Positions 1 through 8,632 of a stretch of DNA of 64,000 nt are shown here, piece by piece. The notes under the pieces were generated by a model. That model had not been told where the DNA came from. It was given only the letters and a program-made list of their open reading frames with translations, and did no database searches. Positions within the stretch are counted from its first letter, which is position 1. Every line of letters begins with the position of its first letter. The stretch comes from Patescibacteria group bacterium. Its GTDB lineage: Bacteria > Patescibacteriota > Minisyncoccia > Phycocordibacterales > UBA1550. The stretch covers positions 48,746 through 112,745 of the forward strand of contig JBBTUT010000002.1 of the NCBI GenBank assembly GCA_038063615.1, given 5' to 3'. Made by a program: the position numbers and the translations under genes.

Positions 1-833
1 CGAAGTTCTGCCATAGCATTTGCGCCCTGCTCTTTATTTGGCGGATTACCATGCCATTTGTAATCGTTTTCAAACATCTCCACACCTTTGCCAGGAATCG
101 TATGCGCGATGATAACCGACGGTTTTTCAAAGATCGCGCGTGCTTCATCTACCGCGTCGACAATCGCTTCCATATTATGTCCATCAATCTCAAGCACATG
201 CCAGCCGAATGCGGACCATTTATCCGCGAGCGGTTCAAGCGGCATTATGTTTTCCGTGAAGCCGTCGATCTGAATGTTGTTGCGGTCCACGATGGCGACG
301 AGGTTGTGAAGTTTTTCTCTCCCCGCGAGCATCGCTGCTTCCCACACTTGCCCTTCGTTCAGCTCGCCGTCACCAAGGAAACAATAGACCGTTCTATTTG
401 AATTTTGCCCGCGGTCAAGGCGGTCTACAATAGCCATCCCCACCGCTTGCGAAAGCCCCTGCCCAAGCGGACCCGAACTCGTCTCAAGCATCGGCAAATA
501 TTCGCGGTGCGGATGCCCCTGCAAACGCGTGCCAAATTTGCGCAGTGTTTTCATTTCTCCCACAGGGAAATACCCCGCATGCGCCATCGCGGAATACAGC
601 ACGGGGCAAATGTGCCCGTTGGAAAGCACGACGCGGTCGCGGTCTTCCCATGTCGGATTCTTTGGGTCTTGTTTGAGAATATGAAAATAAAAAGCGGTAA
701 AAATATCCGCCATACCAAGAGGTCCCGCCGTGTGCCCGCTCTTTGCCTCTACAAGTGCCTCGATAATAGACTTGCGAACCTCAATCGCCTTTTCTTCAAG
801 GAATTTTATTTTATCGTCGTGAAGGTGAGTCAT
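1..833 (-). CDS. Transketolase, N-terminal (TPP-binding) subunit of a split transketolase. 3' end of the gene runs off the window; not in the ORF track because it has no in-window stop.
   Basis: Manual reverse translation from the ATG at 833..831 gives MTHLHDDKIKFLEEKAIEVRKSIIEALVEAKSGHTAGPLGMADIF...GHPHREYLPMLETSSGPLGQGLSQAVGMAIVD...FLGDGELNEGQVWEAAML...IDGHN. These are classic transketolase N-terminal motifs (GH-G / GPLGQG / GDGELNEG). Confidence 0.8.
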   Translation of the reverse strand, partial: MTHLHDDKIKFLEEKAIEVRKSIIEALVEAKSGHTAGPLGMADIFTAFYFHILKQDPKNPTWEDRDRVVLSNGHICPVLYSAMAHAGYFPVGEMKTLRKFGTRLQGHPHREYLPMLETSSGPLGQGLSQAVGMAIVDRLDRGQNSNRTVYCFLGDGELNEGQVWEAAMLAGREKLHNLVAIVDRNNIQIDGFTENIMPLEPLADKWSAFGWHVLEIDGHNMEAIVDAVDEARAIFEKPSVIIAHTIPGKGVEMFENDYKWHGNPPNKEQGANAMAEL

Positions 834-837
834 GTGA

Positions 838-1593
838 CTATGATACCAGATTTTTTAATTCATCAATAGCTGAAACAATGTCCTCACTCTCAAGGATTGC
901 CGACCCTGACACAAGGCGTGTCGCGCCGGCATCGACGAGTCGTTCTGCGGTTTCAAAATTTACCGAGCCGTCGATGCTGATTGGCATTTCGGGACGCAAT
1001 ACGCGAATCGCGCGGATATGTTCAAGCACGCGCTCGTCAAACACTTCACCCTGAAAACCGATCTTTGCGATTCCCATACATTGCACGAAATCGATGCGGT
1101 CGAGATAGAGTTCAAGTGCGGACACAGGCGTTGTAGTATTGATGGCAAGCCCGAGTTCAATCAAGCCCGTCGGCACCGACGCGCGAATGGCCTCAAAACT
1201 TGCCCCGTTAGAGGTAGGTCGTATACGACCGTCAGCTCTAACGGGGTCAATACTCTCCACATGCACAATAATGCGTCGCACTCCCGCACTCACCCACTTT
1301 GGCACAGCGAGCTCGGGGCTCTCGATCATCAAGTCCACCTCAAAATCAATGTCTTCCCACGCAGGCATCCCCTCTTCCTCGGCAACGATCGCATCAAAGT
1401 GTGGCTCGCGCCCAAGCGGATACGGCCAAGTGCGCTCCGGTACAAACTTGCCATCCATAATATCAAGCTGAACAAACGGAACGACCCCGACAAAAAGCCC
1501 CACCTTTTCAACAAGGTCTTCGTAACTCTTTGGCATTATCGCGGGGATGATTTCTGTCATAAAATTGCTTCGCAAACATTTAACAATTGACAT
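838..1593 (-). CDS. rpe: Ribulose-phosphate 3-epimerase, divergent CPR-type. The likely true start is the ATG at 1560 (MTEIIPAIMP).
   Basis: Motifs IIPAIMP, DIMDGKFVP, ISIDGSVN and LVDAGATRLVSGSAIL match the Rpe TIM barrel (IAPSIL, DVMDGHFVP, EVDGGV, AGAD..VAGSAIF). Confidence 0.7.
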   Translation of the reverse strand: MSIVKCLRSNFMTEIIPAIMPKSYEDLVEKVGLFVGVVPFVQLDIMDGKFVPERTWPYPLGREPHFDAIVAEEEGMPAWEDIDFEVDLMIESPELAVPKWVSAGVRRIIVHVESIDPVRADGRIRPTSNGASFEAIRASVPTGLIELGLAINTTTPVSALELYLDRIDFVQCMGIAKIGFQGEVFDERVLEHIRAIRVLRPEMPISIDGSVNFETAERLVDAGATRLVSGSAILESEDIVSAIDELKNLVS

Positions 1594-1663
1594 GTAACAT
1601 TTAACGAATTCCGAATCTTGTACCCGTCAATTGTCCGCGAAGCGGTGTCAACTGTCAATTGTC
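1584..1663. repeat. Cluster of GTCAATTGTC / GACAATTGAC motifs in the rpiB-rpe intergenic region. Same motif family as 14139..14231.
   Basis: Sequence contains caattgacatgtaacat ... gtcaattgtcc ... gtcaactgtcaattgtct. Confidence 0.35.
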
Positions 1664-2095
1664 TAACTTTTGGATTCTCCGCGCATGCCTCTCGTCTCCA
1701 CTAAACGCCGTCTCGAGCCACACGCGCACGACCTCTTTCGCTTCGTCCTCGTCGATGAATCGCGCGCCGAGTGAGAGAATATTCGCATCGTTGTGCTCGC
1801 GGGAAAGTACGGCGATATCAAATGGTCCGCCATAGTACACTGCCGCGCGTGCGCCTTTGACGCGATTCGCGCACATCGCCTCACCTTGCCCCGACCCGCC
1901 GAGAATGATCCCGCGCGCAGTGCTGTCTTTTGCCACCGCCTCCGCAACAGGACGGATAAAATCCGGATAATCATCGAGCGCTTCAAACGAATGCGCGCCC
2001 ATATCCTCCACCTCGTGCCCAAGCACGCGAAGAAAAGGAAGGAGCATCTCCTTTATTTCAAACCCCGCATGGTCACAACCGATGTAAATTTTCAT
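1655..2095 (-). CDS. rpiB: Ribose-5-phosphate isomerase B (RpiB/LacAB family)
   Basis: MKIYIGCDHAGFEIKE...ILGGSGQGEAMCANRVKGARAA is a full-length RpiB signature at 146 aa. Confidence 0.85.
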   Translation of the reverse strand: MKIYIGCDHAGFEIKEMLLPFLRVLGHEVEDMGAHSFEALDDYPDFIRPVAEAVAKDSTARGIILGGSGQGEAMCANRVKGARAAVYYGGPFDIAVLSREHNDANILSLGARFIDEDEAKEVVRVWLETAFSGDERHARRIQKLDN

Positions 2096-2102
2096 GAAAT
2101 TA

Positions 2103-3137
2103 TTATAGAAAGCTTGCTACTCTAACCACATGTTGTACGAGCGTATTCGTATACCCCATCTCATTGTCGTACCATGCCATCACTTTCACGAGATTGCCGT
2201 CCACGACGCGCGTCATCTCAAGGTCGGCGATGGAGCCGTAGAGCTCGCCGATGACATCCGATGAAACGATCGGTTCATCCGTCGCCGTGAAGATGCCCTC
2301 CCAGCGAGGGTCTTTCGCCGCATCGCGGAGGATTTGATTCACTTCTTCGACCGAAGTATTGCGCTTTGCGATGAATGTCACATCGGCGATGGAGCCCGAG
2401 ATTACCGGCACACGCACCGCGATACCGTCAAACTTTCCTTTCAAATCTTTCACGACTTCCGTCACCGATATCGCCGCACCCGTCGAAGCAGGCACCATAT
2501 TTTGCGCGCCCGCACGACCCCCGCGCAAGTCCTTGCCCCCAGGACCATCAACGATCTTTTGCGTACCCGTATACGCGTGCGTCGTATTCAAGATCGCTTT
2601 TTCGATACCAATCGTCTCGTTCAAAATACACACGACGGGACTTGCGGCGTTCGTGGTGCAAGAAGCATTGGAAGAAATTTTTGCATTTGCAAGTTCGCTA
2701 TCATTGATACCCATAAGCGCGGTCACGCACGGCACTTCGGGGAGGTCCTCTCCTTTTATCGGCGCGGTCACCACAACACGCTTCGCACCCTGCGCAAGGT
2801 GAATGTTCGCCTTTTCCGGGCTCGTGAAAAATCCGGTCGACTCCACCACAATATCAATATCATATTTTGCCCACGGAAGATTGGTCGGTTCTTTTTCCTG
2901 CACAAGGATTACTTTCTGCCCGTCCACGATGAACCCTGGCTCATCACCGCCCACAACCTCAACGACAAAATCCGCCTTGCCATATGCCGTATCGTATTTC
3001 AAAAGGTACGCCATATTCGACGGATCCCCGAGGTCATTCACCGCCACGATCTCAAGCTCCGGCCGTGTCCGCGCCAACTTATAAAACGCCCGCCCAATCC
3101 GCCCAAACCCATTGATCGCCACTCGTACTTTTTTCAT
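2103..3137 (-). CDS. gap: Glyceraldehyde-3-phosphate dehydrogenase
   Basis: VAINGFGRIGR Rossmann N-terminus, the ASCTTNA catalytic Cys motif and the WYDNEMGY C-terminal motif. Confidence 0.9.
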   Translation of the reverse strand: MKKVRVAINGFGRIGRAFYKLARTRPELEIVAVNDLGDPSNMAYLLKYDTAYGKADFVVEVVGGDEPGFIVDGQKVILVQEKEPTNLPWAKYDIDIVVESTGFFTSPEKANIHLAQGAKRVVVTAPIKGEDLPEVPCVTALMGINDSELANAKISSNASCTTNAASPVVCILNETIGIEKAILNTTHAYTGTQKIVDGPGGKDLRGGRAGAQNMVPASTGAAISVTEVVKDLKGKFDGIAVRVPVISGSIADVTFIAKRNTSVEEVNQILRDAAKDPRWEGIFTATDEPIVSSDVIGELYGSIADLEMTRVVDGNLVKVMAWYDNEMGYTNTLVQHVVRVASFL

Positions 3138-3249
3138 GTAAATTCGTGATTATTTCAACTATTAAATTATCTGTCTATTTTAGCATACCCAACAAAAAAG
3201 ACACGCGTTTCGTTCCTTTTTTAAAATACCTTCAGAAAAGATCCTGCAC

Positions 3250-3468
3250 CTACCTTCTCTTGGATTGGTCGGCACGCGCGGCGCGAATAACTCGCTCCGA
3301 AAACGGGGTCGGACCTAAAAGTGAAAACGAAATTGATTTATTCCGTACTAAATCTTTAAGCAACGCATTTATGATCGCCGAAAGAGAGAGGCCGAGCTCG
3401 TCAGCAACTTTCTGCGCTTCATTTTTTACCTTTGGGTCTATTTTGATATTTAATACTGCTGTTTTCAT
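3250..3468 (-). CDS. DinJ/RelB-like ribbon-helix-helix antitoxin, apparently an orphan with no adjacent toxin ORF
   Basis: IKIDPKVKNEAQKVADELGLSLSAIINALLKDLV resembles the DinJ N-terminal RHH. The 3138..3249 and 3469..3517 flanks are too short for a RelE/YafQ partner. Confidence 0.5.
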   Translation of the reverse strand: MKTAVLNIKIDPKVKNEAQKVADELGLSLSAIINALLKDLVRNKSISFSLLGPTPFSERVIRAARADQSKRR

Positions 3469-3477
3469 ATACGCTAA

Positions 3478-3506
3478 AGTATATACTTTGTCATTATTGC
3501 TGTCAA
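3478..3506 (-). promoter_or_regulatory. Sigma70-like promoter for the DinJ-like gene: TTGACA, 17 nt spacer, TATACT on the minus strand
   Basis: The minus strand reads TTGACAgcaataatgacaaagtaTATACT about 10 nt upstream of the ATG at 3468. Confidence 0.35.
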
Positions 3507-3517
3507 CGGCAACACTA

Positions 3518-4927
3518 CTATTTCAACCCCTCCTCAAACAGCACCTTGAGCGTTCCCGGGTTTGCGGAGCCTTTGCTTGCTTTCATCCCCTGCCCGATGA
3601 AAAATTGGAAGAGGGCGGTTTTTCCGGATTTGTAATCGGCGACGATGGTTGGGTTTGCGGCGACGATTTCGGCGACGATCTTTTTGAGCGCTTCGATGTC
3701 GTTTTTCTGGATGAAATTGTGTTTTTGCGCAATCTCGTGCGGGTGCCCGCCTTCGGCGTACAAGATGGCGAGCGTGTCTTTCGCACCGCGCGAAGAGAGG
3801 TCGCCTGCTTTGATCATCGTCACGAGGTCGGCAAGCCCCGCCCCTGTCACACCACCAAGAGTCCCATTCTCCTTCATTAAGCCAGCGAGGTCAGAGGTGA
3901 TGTAGTTTTCAATAAGCGCGATCGAGGGACGGTCGCTACCCGTAGCGACCACCGCATCTTCAAAAAGCCCGCCGAGTGTTGCGTCTATGGTAAATATCTC
4001 CGCATTCTCCGGCTTCACGCCGTATTCGCGCACGAGACGCGCGCGTTTCTCCCACGGGAGCTCCGGCAGTGTCGCCGAGAGTGCTTCTTTTGAAAATTCG
4101 GGAATCTCGCTCAACTTCAATTTTGGCAAGTCAGGGTCAGGGAAATAGCGATAGTCGTGCGCGCTTTCTTTCTTGCGTTGCGAAAATGTCGCCTGTTTGT
4201 TCTCGTCCCATCCGCGCGTCTCCTGTACTATCGTTTCGCCCTTGTCCAACATCTTCGTCATTCGTTCCACCTCATATGCGATAGCGCGCTCCACCGAGCG
4301 AAATGAATTCAAGTTTTTCACCTCCACTTTCGTACCGAGCGCATCGGTTTTTGATATTGAAATATTAGCCTCGACACGCATTTCGCCTTTTTCCATATTC
4401 GCATCGGACACACCGAGTGTGCGAAGGAGAAGCTGAAGCTCGCGCGCAAAGTTTCCCGCCTCTTCCGCACTCTTGATTGTGGGTGTCGTCACGAGCTCCA
4501 TGAGCGGCACACCTGCGCGATTGAAGTCCACAAGACTTCCCTCCGAGCCCTCATGCGACGAGCTCGCCGTATCTTCTTCGAGATGCACGCGCTCAATAAC
4601 GACACCGTTCAAAGCGCCCCCCGACACGAGCGGATATTTGTACTGGCTAATCTGGTACCCCTTTGGAATGTCAGGATAAAAATAGTTCTTGCGGTCAAAC
4701 TCGGTAAAGTCCGCAAGTGTACTCCCGAGTGCCACGCCCACGCGCAAAACATGCTTCACCGCCTCGCGGTTGATTACCGGCAATGTCCCCGGATGCGCCA
4801 TACACACGGGGCAAATATTCACATTCGGCTCTGCATTGAAAGGATCATTCGCCGAATTGCAGAACATCTTCGTCTTTGTTTTCAGCTCGGCGTGGACCTC
4901 GAGACCCACGGTTAGTTTATAACTCAT
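3518..4927 (-). CDS. gatB: Asp-tRNA(Asn)/Glu-tRNA(Gln) amidotransferase subunit B
   Basis: MSYKLTVGLEVHAELKTKTKMFC...YFYPDIPKGYQISQ, with a GatB/YqeY C-terminal domain. Confidence 0.9.
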   Translation of the reverse strand: MSYKLTVGLEVHAELKTKTKMFCNSANDPFNAEPNVNICPVCMAHPGTLPVINREAVKHVLRVGVALGSTLADFTEFDRKNYFYPDIPKGYQISQYKYPLVSGGALNGVVIERVHLEEDTASSSHEGSEGSLVDFNRAGVPLMELVTTPTIKSAEEAGNFARELQLLLRTLGVSDANMEKGEMRVEANISISKTDALGTKVEVKNLNSFRSVERAIAYEVERMTKMLDKGETIVQETRGWDENKQATFSQRKKESAHDYRYFPDPDLPKLKLSEIPEFSKEALSATLPELPWEKRARLVREYGVKPENAEIFTIDATLGGLFEDAVVATGSDRPSIALIENYITSDLAGLMKENGTLGGVTGAGLADLVTMIKAGDLSSRGAKDTLAILYAEGGHPHEIAQKHNFIQKNDIEALKKIVAEIVAANPTIVADYKSGKTALFQFFIGQGMKASKGSANPGTLKVLFEEGLK

Positions 4928-4947
4928 AAAATTTTATTTAATCGAGA

Positions 4948-5892
4948 CTAAGCACTGTATCTCGTTGGCTGAACCATAGTTAACAAGTATCCCCTATCTT
5001 CTGCTGTAGTAAGCAATTCAGTCCTAAACCCAATATCCGAAAGCAACTTTGTAACAACAGATTCACTAAACTTTTTTGAGCGAGCAAGTAAAAGGTTTTC
5101 TCCTTGTTTCAAAGTGAATTTTTCTCCTGCTATTTCCAGCGAGATATCTTTTTGAAGTGTAACCCTAATCTCAACTTGATTCTCAATAGCATTCCACGAA
5201 ACCTCCATTTTATAATCTTGACGAAACACCTTTAAATAATCGAGTGTAGCAAAAACAAAATTTTCTATATTTTCACCTTCGTAGTGATGAATAATATTCT
5301 GTGCTTTAACTAAATTTGTTAATTCGACTCCAACAATCATATAGTCCTTCGAGGTCATTGAATCCCTAAAGTTTGTAAGTACCCTGTGTAGGTCTGAATG
5401 ATTTCCTAATGTACTTCCAAAGAAAAGCATGAGATTGACTGAGCCGTTTTTCTTTAGGTCATACATTACATCTGAAAATTGACCCAACTCAAAATCTATT
5501 TGGAATGGATTACACTCTGTTCCACTAAATTCTTTTGTTACCGTTGTGACAGCTAGGTCGAGCAATTCTTGTGATATATCGATGGGTACATAAGTAAATT
5601 TTATATTCCTCTTTGTGAGATACGACAAAATAGGAAAAACAGGGTAACCGTTACCGCAACCAATATCAACAATATTTATTCCCTGACTGGTTGCCAATGT
5701 TTGAACAAAATCCTCAACTCTTTTTTGTAACAATATAGCCTCTGCGGAGTTAATTCCCCCTTCTTTGGCGCGTTGGGTCGCAATCTTGTCCCAATGTTTT
5801 GCTCCTTCACCCAAATAAGCAAACTTTAGAGGAACCTCTCCTCGCCCTTGGATTGCAGTCACTAATTCAGCTTCTTGTCTTTTTGATAACAT
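4948..5892 (-). CDS. EgtD-like (Methyltransf_33 family) SAM-dependent methyltransferase in a locally AT-rich segment
   Basis: VDIGCGNGYPV...YVPIDISQELL...LFFGSTLGNHS resemble the histidine N-alpha-methyltransferase (EgtD) family motifs. GC is clearly lower than in the flanking genes. Confidence 0.45.
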   Translation of the reverse strand: MLSKRQEAELVTAIQGRGEVPLKFAYLGEGAKHWDKIATQRAKEGGINSAEAILLQKRVEDFVQTLATSQGINIVDIGCGNGYPVFPILSYLTKRNIKFTYVPIDISQELLDLAVTTVTKEFSGTECNPFQIDFELGQFSDVMYDLKKNGSVNLMLFFGSTLGNHSDLHRVLTNFRDSMTSKDYMIVGVELTNLVKAQNIIHHYEGENIENFVFATLDYLKVFRQDYKMEVSWNAIENQVEIRVTLQKDISLEIAGEKFTLKQGENLLLARSKKFSESVVTKLLSDIGFRTELLTTAEDRGYLLTMVQPTRYSA

Positions 5893-5957
5893 ATGCGAAG
5901 TATATCATAAAATATCCCCACTCGCCCCAACCTCTCCTGTATCAAAAATTAATGCTT

Positions 5958-6001
5958 CAAAATCACCAAGTTTGACCTATAGGTCAAACTTGGTGATTTT
6001 G
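5958..6001. terminator. Perfect 20 bp stem with a 4 nt loop (caaaatcaccaagtttgacc tata ggtcaaacttggtgattttg) between hicA and the methyltransferase. Terminator-like or an operator palindrome.
   Basis: Perfect inverted repeat read directly in the sequence. There is no clean T-run after it on either strand. Confidence 0.4.
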
Positions 6002-6034
6002 AGGAAATTAATACGCCACACAAAAGTACTGTTA

Positions 6035-6265
6035 TTATTTTAACCAAAGATTTTGCGGGATTCCCGACTGCACAATGACCGACTTGAGAGTGCGCGGGTG
6101 GATCGACTTTTGTCCGTGATACTGAATGTGTGTTTGTCTCACTTTCCCACCATAATGACCAACATAATAAAAATGACTTCCGCCGGAGTGAGAGAGCTGG
6201 AACCTGTGCTCCTTCAAAAAATCAACAACATTTTTAAAGGTCCAATTGTTGAGTCCGCGAGGCAT
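6035..6265 (-). CDS. hicA: HicA-family toxin (YcfA-like mRNA interferase)
   Basis: FLKEHRFQLSHSGGSHFYYVGHYGGKVRQTHIQYHGQKSIHPRTLKSVIVQSGIP matches the HicA dsRBD-like consensus (GSH..Y ... V.V..H ... GTL..I..Q.G). Confidence 0.6.
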   Translation of the reverse strand: MPRGLNNWTFKNVVDFLKEHRFQLSHSGGSHFYYVGHYGGKVRQTHIQYHGQKSIHPRTLKSVIVQSGIPQNLWLK

Positions 6266-6271
6266 AATTCT

Positions 6272-6604
6272 TTACGCGAAGGCGAGGTTAAATTGACCCG
6301 AGCTCAACACATAAGGAGACTTGGTCGCTCGTGCGACGCGTTTGCCAACCCCCTGAACACTTTGCCACATTTGCTCATATTCAGGTTCAATAGCTTGGTT
6401 GAGCACATGCGGACGCAATTTGAATTTACGCGCAGACTCAAGGTAGCCCTGCACCGCCTCATTTAAAAGAACAATGGCTTCAATCTGAGACGCCGCCTCA
6501 ACAATAACATTGAATTCCAGGGCAACACCAAAAAAAACATCTCTTTCCTTAAATACCACATACCGCACTGACCCTTTTTGCAAAGTATTTTTAAAAGCTT
6601 TCAT
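6272..6604 (-). CDS. hicB: HicB-like antitoxin (UPF0150 / RNase-H-like N-terminal domain)
   Basis: VRYVVFKERDVFFGVALEFNVIVEAASQIEAIVLLNEAVQGYLE resembles the HicB N-terminal domain. It lies directly upstream of hicA on the same strand. Confidence 0.45.
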   Translation of the reverse strand: MKAFKNTLQKGSVRYVVFKERDVFFGVALEFNVIVEAASQIEAIVLLNEAVQGYLESARKFKLRPHVLNQAIEPEYEQMWQSVQGVGKRVARATKSPYVLSSGQFNLAFA

Positions 6605-6636
6605 ATCGCAATACTATCACGACCGTTCTCTGGAGT

Positions 6637-7611
6637 CTATACCACCACTTTCAAAAGTTTTAGCAACTCGTCTTGGAATGATTTCATCACCGCATCATCG
6701 AGAATTGAGATTGCGAAGACCTCCGGGCGAATTTTTTTTATCTGCTTTGTCACTTCGGCAACGCGTTCGGGCGTGACCATATCGGTTTTTGTGAGGACAA
6801 TAATCTCGCGCTTGTCGGCGAGCACTTTGTCAAAAGCGGAGAGTTCTTTGCGGACGGTTTCGTAGACAGCCATCGGGTCTTCGTTTTCGAGCGACACCAA
6901 GTGCGCGAGCATTTTTGTGCGCTTCACATGGCGGAGGAATTTATGCCCGAGCCCCTTCCCCTCGCTTGCGCCCTCGATAAGTCCCGGGATGTCCGCGATG
7001 ATGAAGCCGAAACATTCGCCGAGATTCGGCTCGAGTGTCGTAAAGGCATAGTCTGCAGTTTTTGCGCTCGCACGAGTGAGAGCGTTCAGCAAGCTCGACT
7101 TCCCCGCGTTCGGAAGACCAATGAGCCCGATGTCCGCGACTATTTGAAGCTCTATATGGAAATCCGCCTCGTGCCCTTTTGTGCCGGGGATGTGCTCCTT
7201 TGGCGAACGGTTGGTCGAGCTTTTGAAATGCTCGTTACCATACCCGCCACGACCACCCGTAAGCAAGACAATCTCCTCGCCTTCTTTCAAAAGCGACACC
7301 TCCTCGCCCGTATTCAAGTTGCACACGATAGAGCCGATAGGCAGATCAAGTACAAGGTCCTCCCCATTTTTCCCATGGAGACTGTCGCTTCCCCCATCTC
7401 CGCCTCGTTCGGCGAGAAACTCTTTCTGGTGACGATATTTTGAAAGTATGTGCACATCGCGCACGGCGCGCACATGCACCTCGCCTCCGTGTCCGCCGTC
7501 GCCGCCGGAAGGACCGGCAAATTCTTTGCTTTTGATATGCTTCCAGCGCTCGACGCCATTTCCGCCGTCGCCCGCTTTCATATGAATTGTCATTTCGTCG
7601 ATAAAGGCCAT
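6637..7611 (-). CDS. obg: GTPase Obg/CgtA
   Basis: Obg fold with GDGGNG repeats and IADIGLIGLPNAGKSSLLNALT...DIPGLIEGASEGKGLG. Confidence 0.9.
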   Translation of the reverse strand: MAFIDEMTIHMKAGDGGNGVERWKHIKSKEFAGPSGGDGGHGGEVHVRAVRDVHILSKYRHQKEFLAERGGDGGSDSLHGKNGEDLVLDLPIGSIVCNLNTGEEVSLLKEGEEIVLLTGGRGGYGNEHFKSSTNRSPKEHIPGTKGHEADFHIELQIVADIGLIGLPNAGKSSLLNALTRASAKTADYAFTTLEPNLGECFGFIIADIPGLIEGASEGKGLGHKFLRHVKRTKMLAHLVSLENEDPMAVYETVRKELSAFDKVLADKREIIVLTKTDMVTPERVAEVTKQIKKIRPEVFAISILDDAVMKSFQDELLKLLKVVV

Positions 7612-7648
7612 AGGGGTAGTTAATAGTTAAATAGTTAATAGCCAATAG

Positions 7649-8530
7649 TTAATTCGCGTCCACAGCAATCCTTGCGAGCATCATCGCTCCCTCCTTCGAC
7701 CCTGCGACGGCGATGAATCGTTTATTGTGACAGAAGAGTGCATCAGGGACGCCGGAGATCTCGGCGAGCTCTCCGTCAAATTTGCCCGCCCATGCGATCG
7801 GCAGATCCTTTCTGTTTTTGAACGAATGCGCGTCGCTCCGCACCGCTTCGACTTTCCACATGTTGTCGTCGCCACGCGCGGGCTTCACTACGAACAACGG
7901 TTCCGGGCGCGCGCCGAGCGACTCGTACCACGGATAATGATGGTCGAGAACGATGATGCGCTTGTCGACGGCGCGCGCGTACGCTTCTTCAGCGCGGAGC
8001 TTCCCCTCTTCCTCACTGCGTGCGTGAATGATCTCGCGCGCAAGAATTTTCTTTGCGACCTCAAACGCTTCAAAAAAACCTTCTTCCTCGGTGCGCGCCT
8101 CATTCCACGCAGGGCGGAAAGCGCTCACGACATCGTGAAGAAAATACGGCACCACTTCGCCGTGTGCGGCGAATGTTTCAACGCCGTTGTCTCCCGCATC
8201 GACCGGCTGTGCTATCAGTCCATCGATCATTTTTGCCGCATATACAGAGCCCGTGATTTTCTCGCCGTAATGTTTCCATACGAGACCGAACGATGAGTAC
8301 GGAATATTGTTTTCCCTCACCCCCGCGCCACCTATTTGATGATGGTCAAATCGCCCGGCATCTGCATCATAGACTCCGCCCACATCGACGACAAAATCCC
8401 CCGTCGCCCAAACTTCGGGGTCGCGACTGCGCACGACCTCGACTGCTCCATCGTGCAAGAGCGCAAGTGTGGCGCAGGAAAAAACCTCGTCTGTGTGGAA
8501 GTTACCGCTGTGGGTTACGATCTTTTTCAT
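7649..8530 (-). CDS. MYG1/UPF0160-family metal-dependent hydrolase. The start is set at MKKIVTHSG (ATG at 8530); the ORF track start at 8563 runs into the repeat element.
   Basis: IVTHSGNFHTDEVFSCATL is the MYG1 hallmark. Confidence 0.8.
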   Translation of the reverse strand: MKKIVTHSGNFHTDEVFSCATLALLHDGAVEVVRSRDPEVWATGDFVVDVGGVYDADAGRFDHHQIGGAGVRENNIPYSSFGLVWKHYGEKITGSVYAAKMIDGLIAQPVDAGDNGVETFAAHGEVVPYFLHDVVSAFRPAWNEARTEEEGFFEAFEVAKKILAREIIHARSEEEGKLRAEEAYARAVDKRIIVLDHHYPWYESLGARPEPLFVVKPARGDDNMWKVEAVRSDAHSFKNRKDLPIAWAGKFDGELAEISGVPDALFCHNKRFIAVAGSKEGAMMLARIAVDAN

Positions 8531-8632
8531 CCCGTTAGAAGTTTTGTTGTTAAAATTAGTCATAGTGATTTATCCAGCCCTTTGATTATTTCCTTGTCTT
8601 CTGATTAAAGTACATGGAAACTTCTAACGGGA
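8531..8632. repeat. MITE-like cassette, copy 1. About 102 bp, bounded by inverted repeats cccgttagaagtt / aacttctaacggg, abutting the MYG1 start codon and overlapping the DedA stop.
   Basis: The left arm at 8531-8543 is immediately 3' of cat (the ATG on the minus strand). The right arm is at 8619-8632. The interior is AT-rich and carries a conserved aaggaaa-aataat core shared with copy 2. Confidence 0.5.

Noticed and set aside
51-869. Plus-strand ORFs 51..401, 88..273, 405..869 at the left edge
   Set aside because: They are antisense shadows of the minus-strand transketolase N-terminal subunit, whose translation shows unmistakable transketolase motifs. The real gene is missing from the ORF track only because it lacks an in-window stop.
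3146-3880. 244 aa plus-strand ORF across the gap-gatB junction
   Set aside because: Antisense to gatB and to the DinJ-like gene; no motifs.
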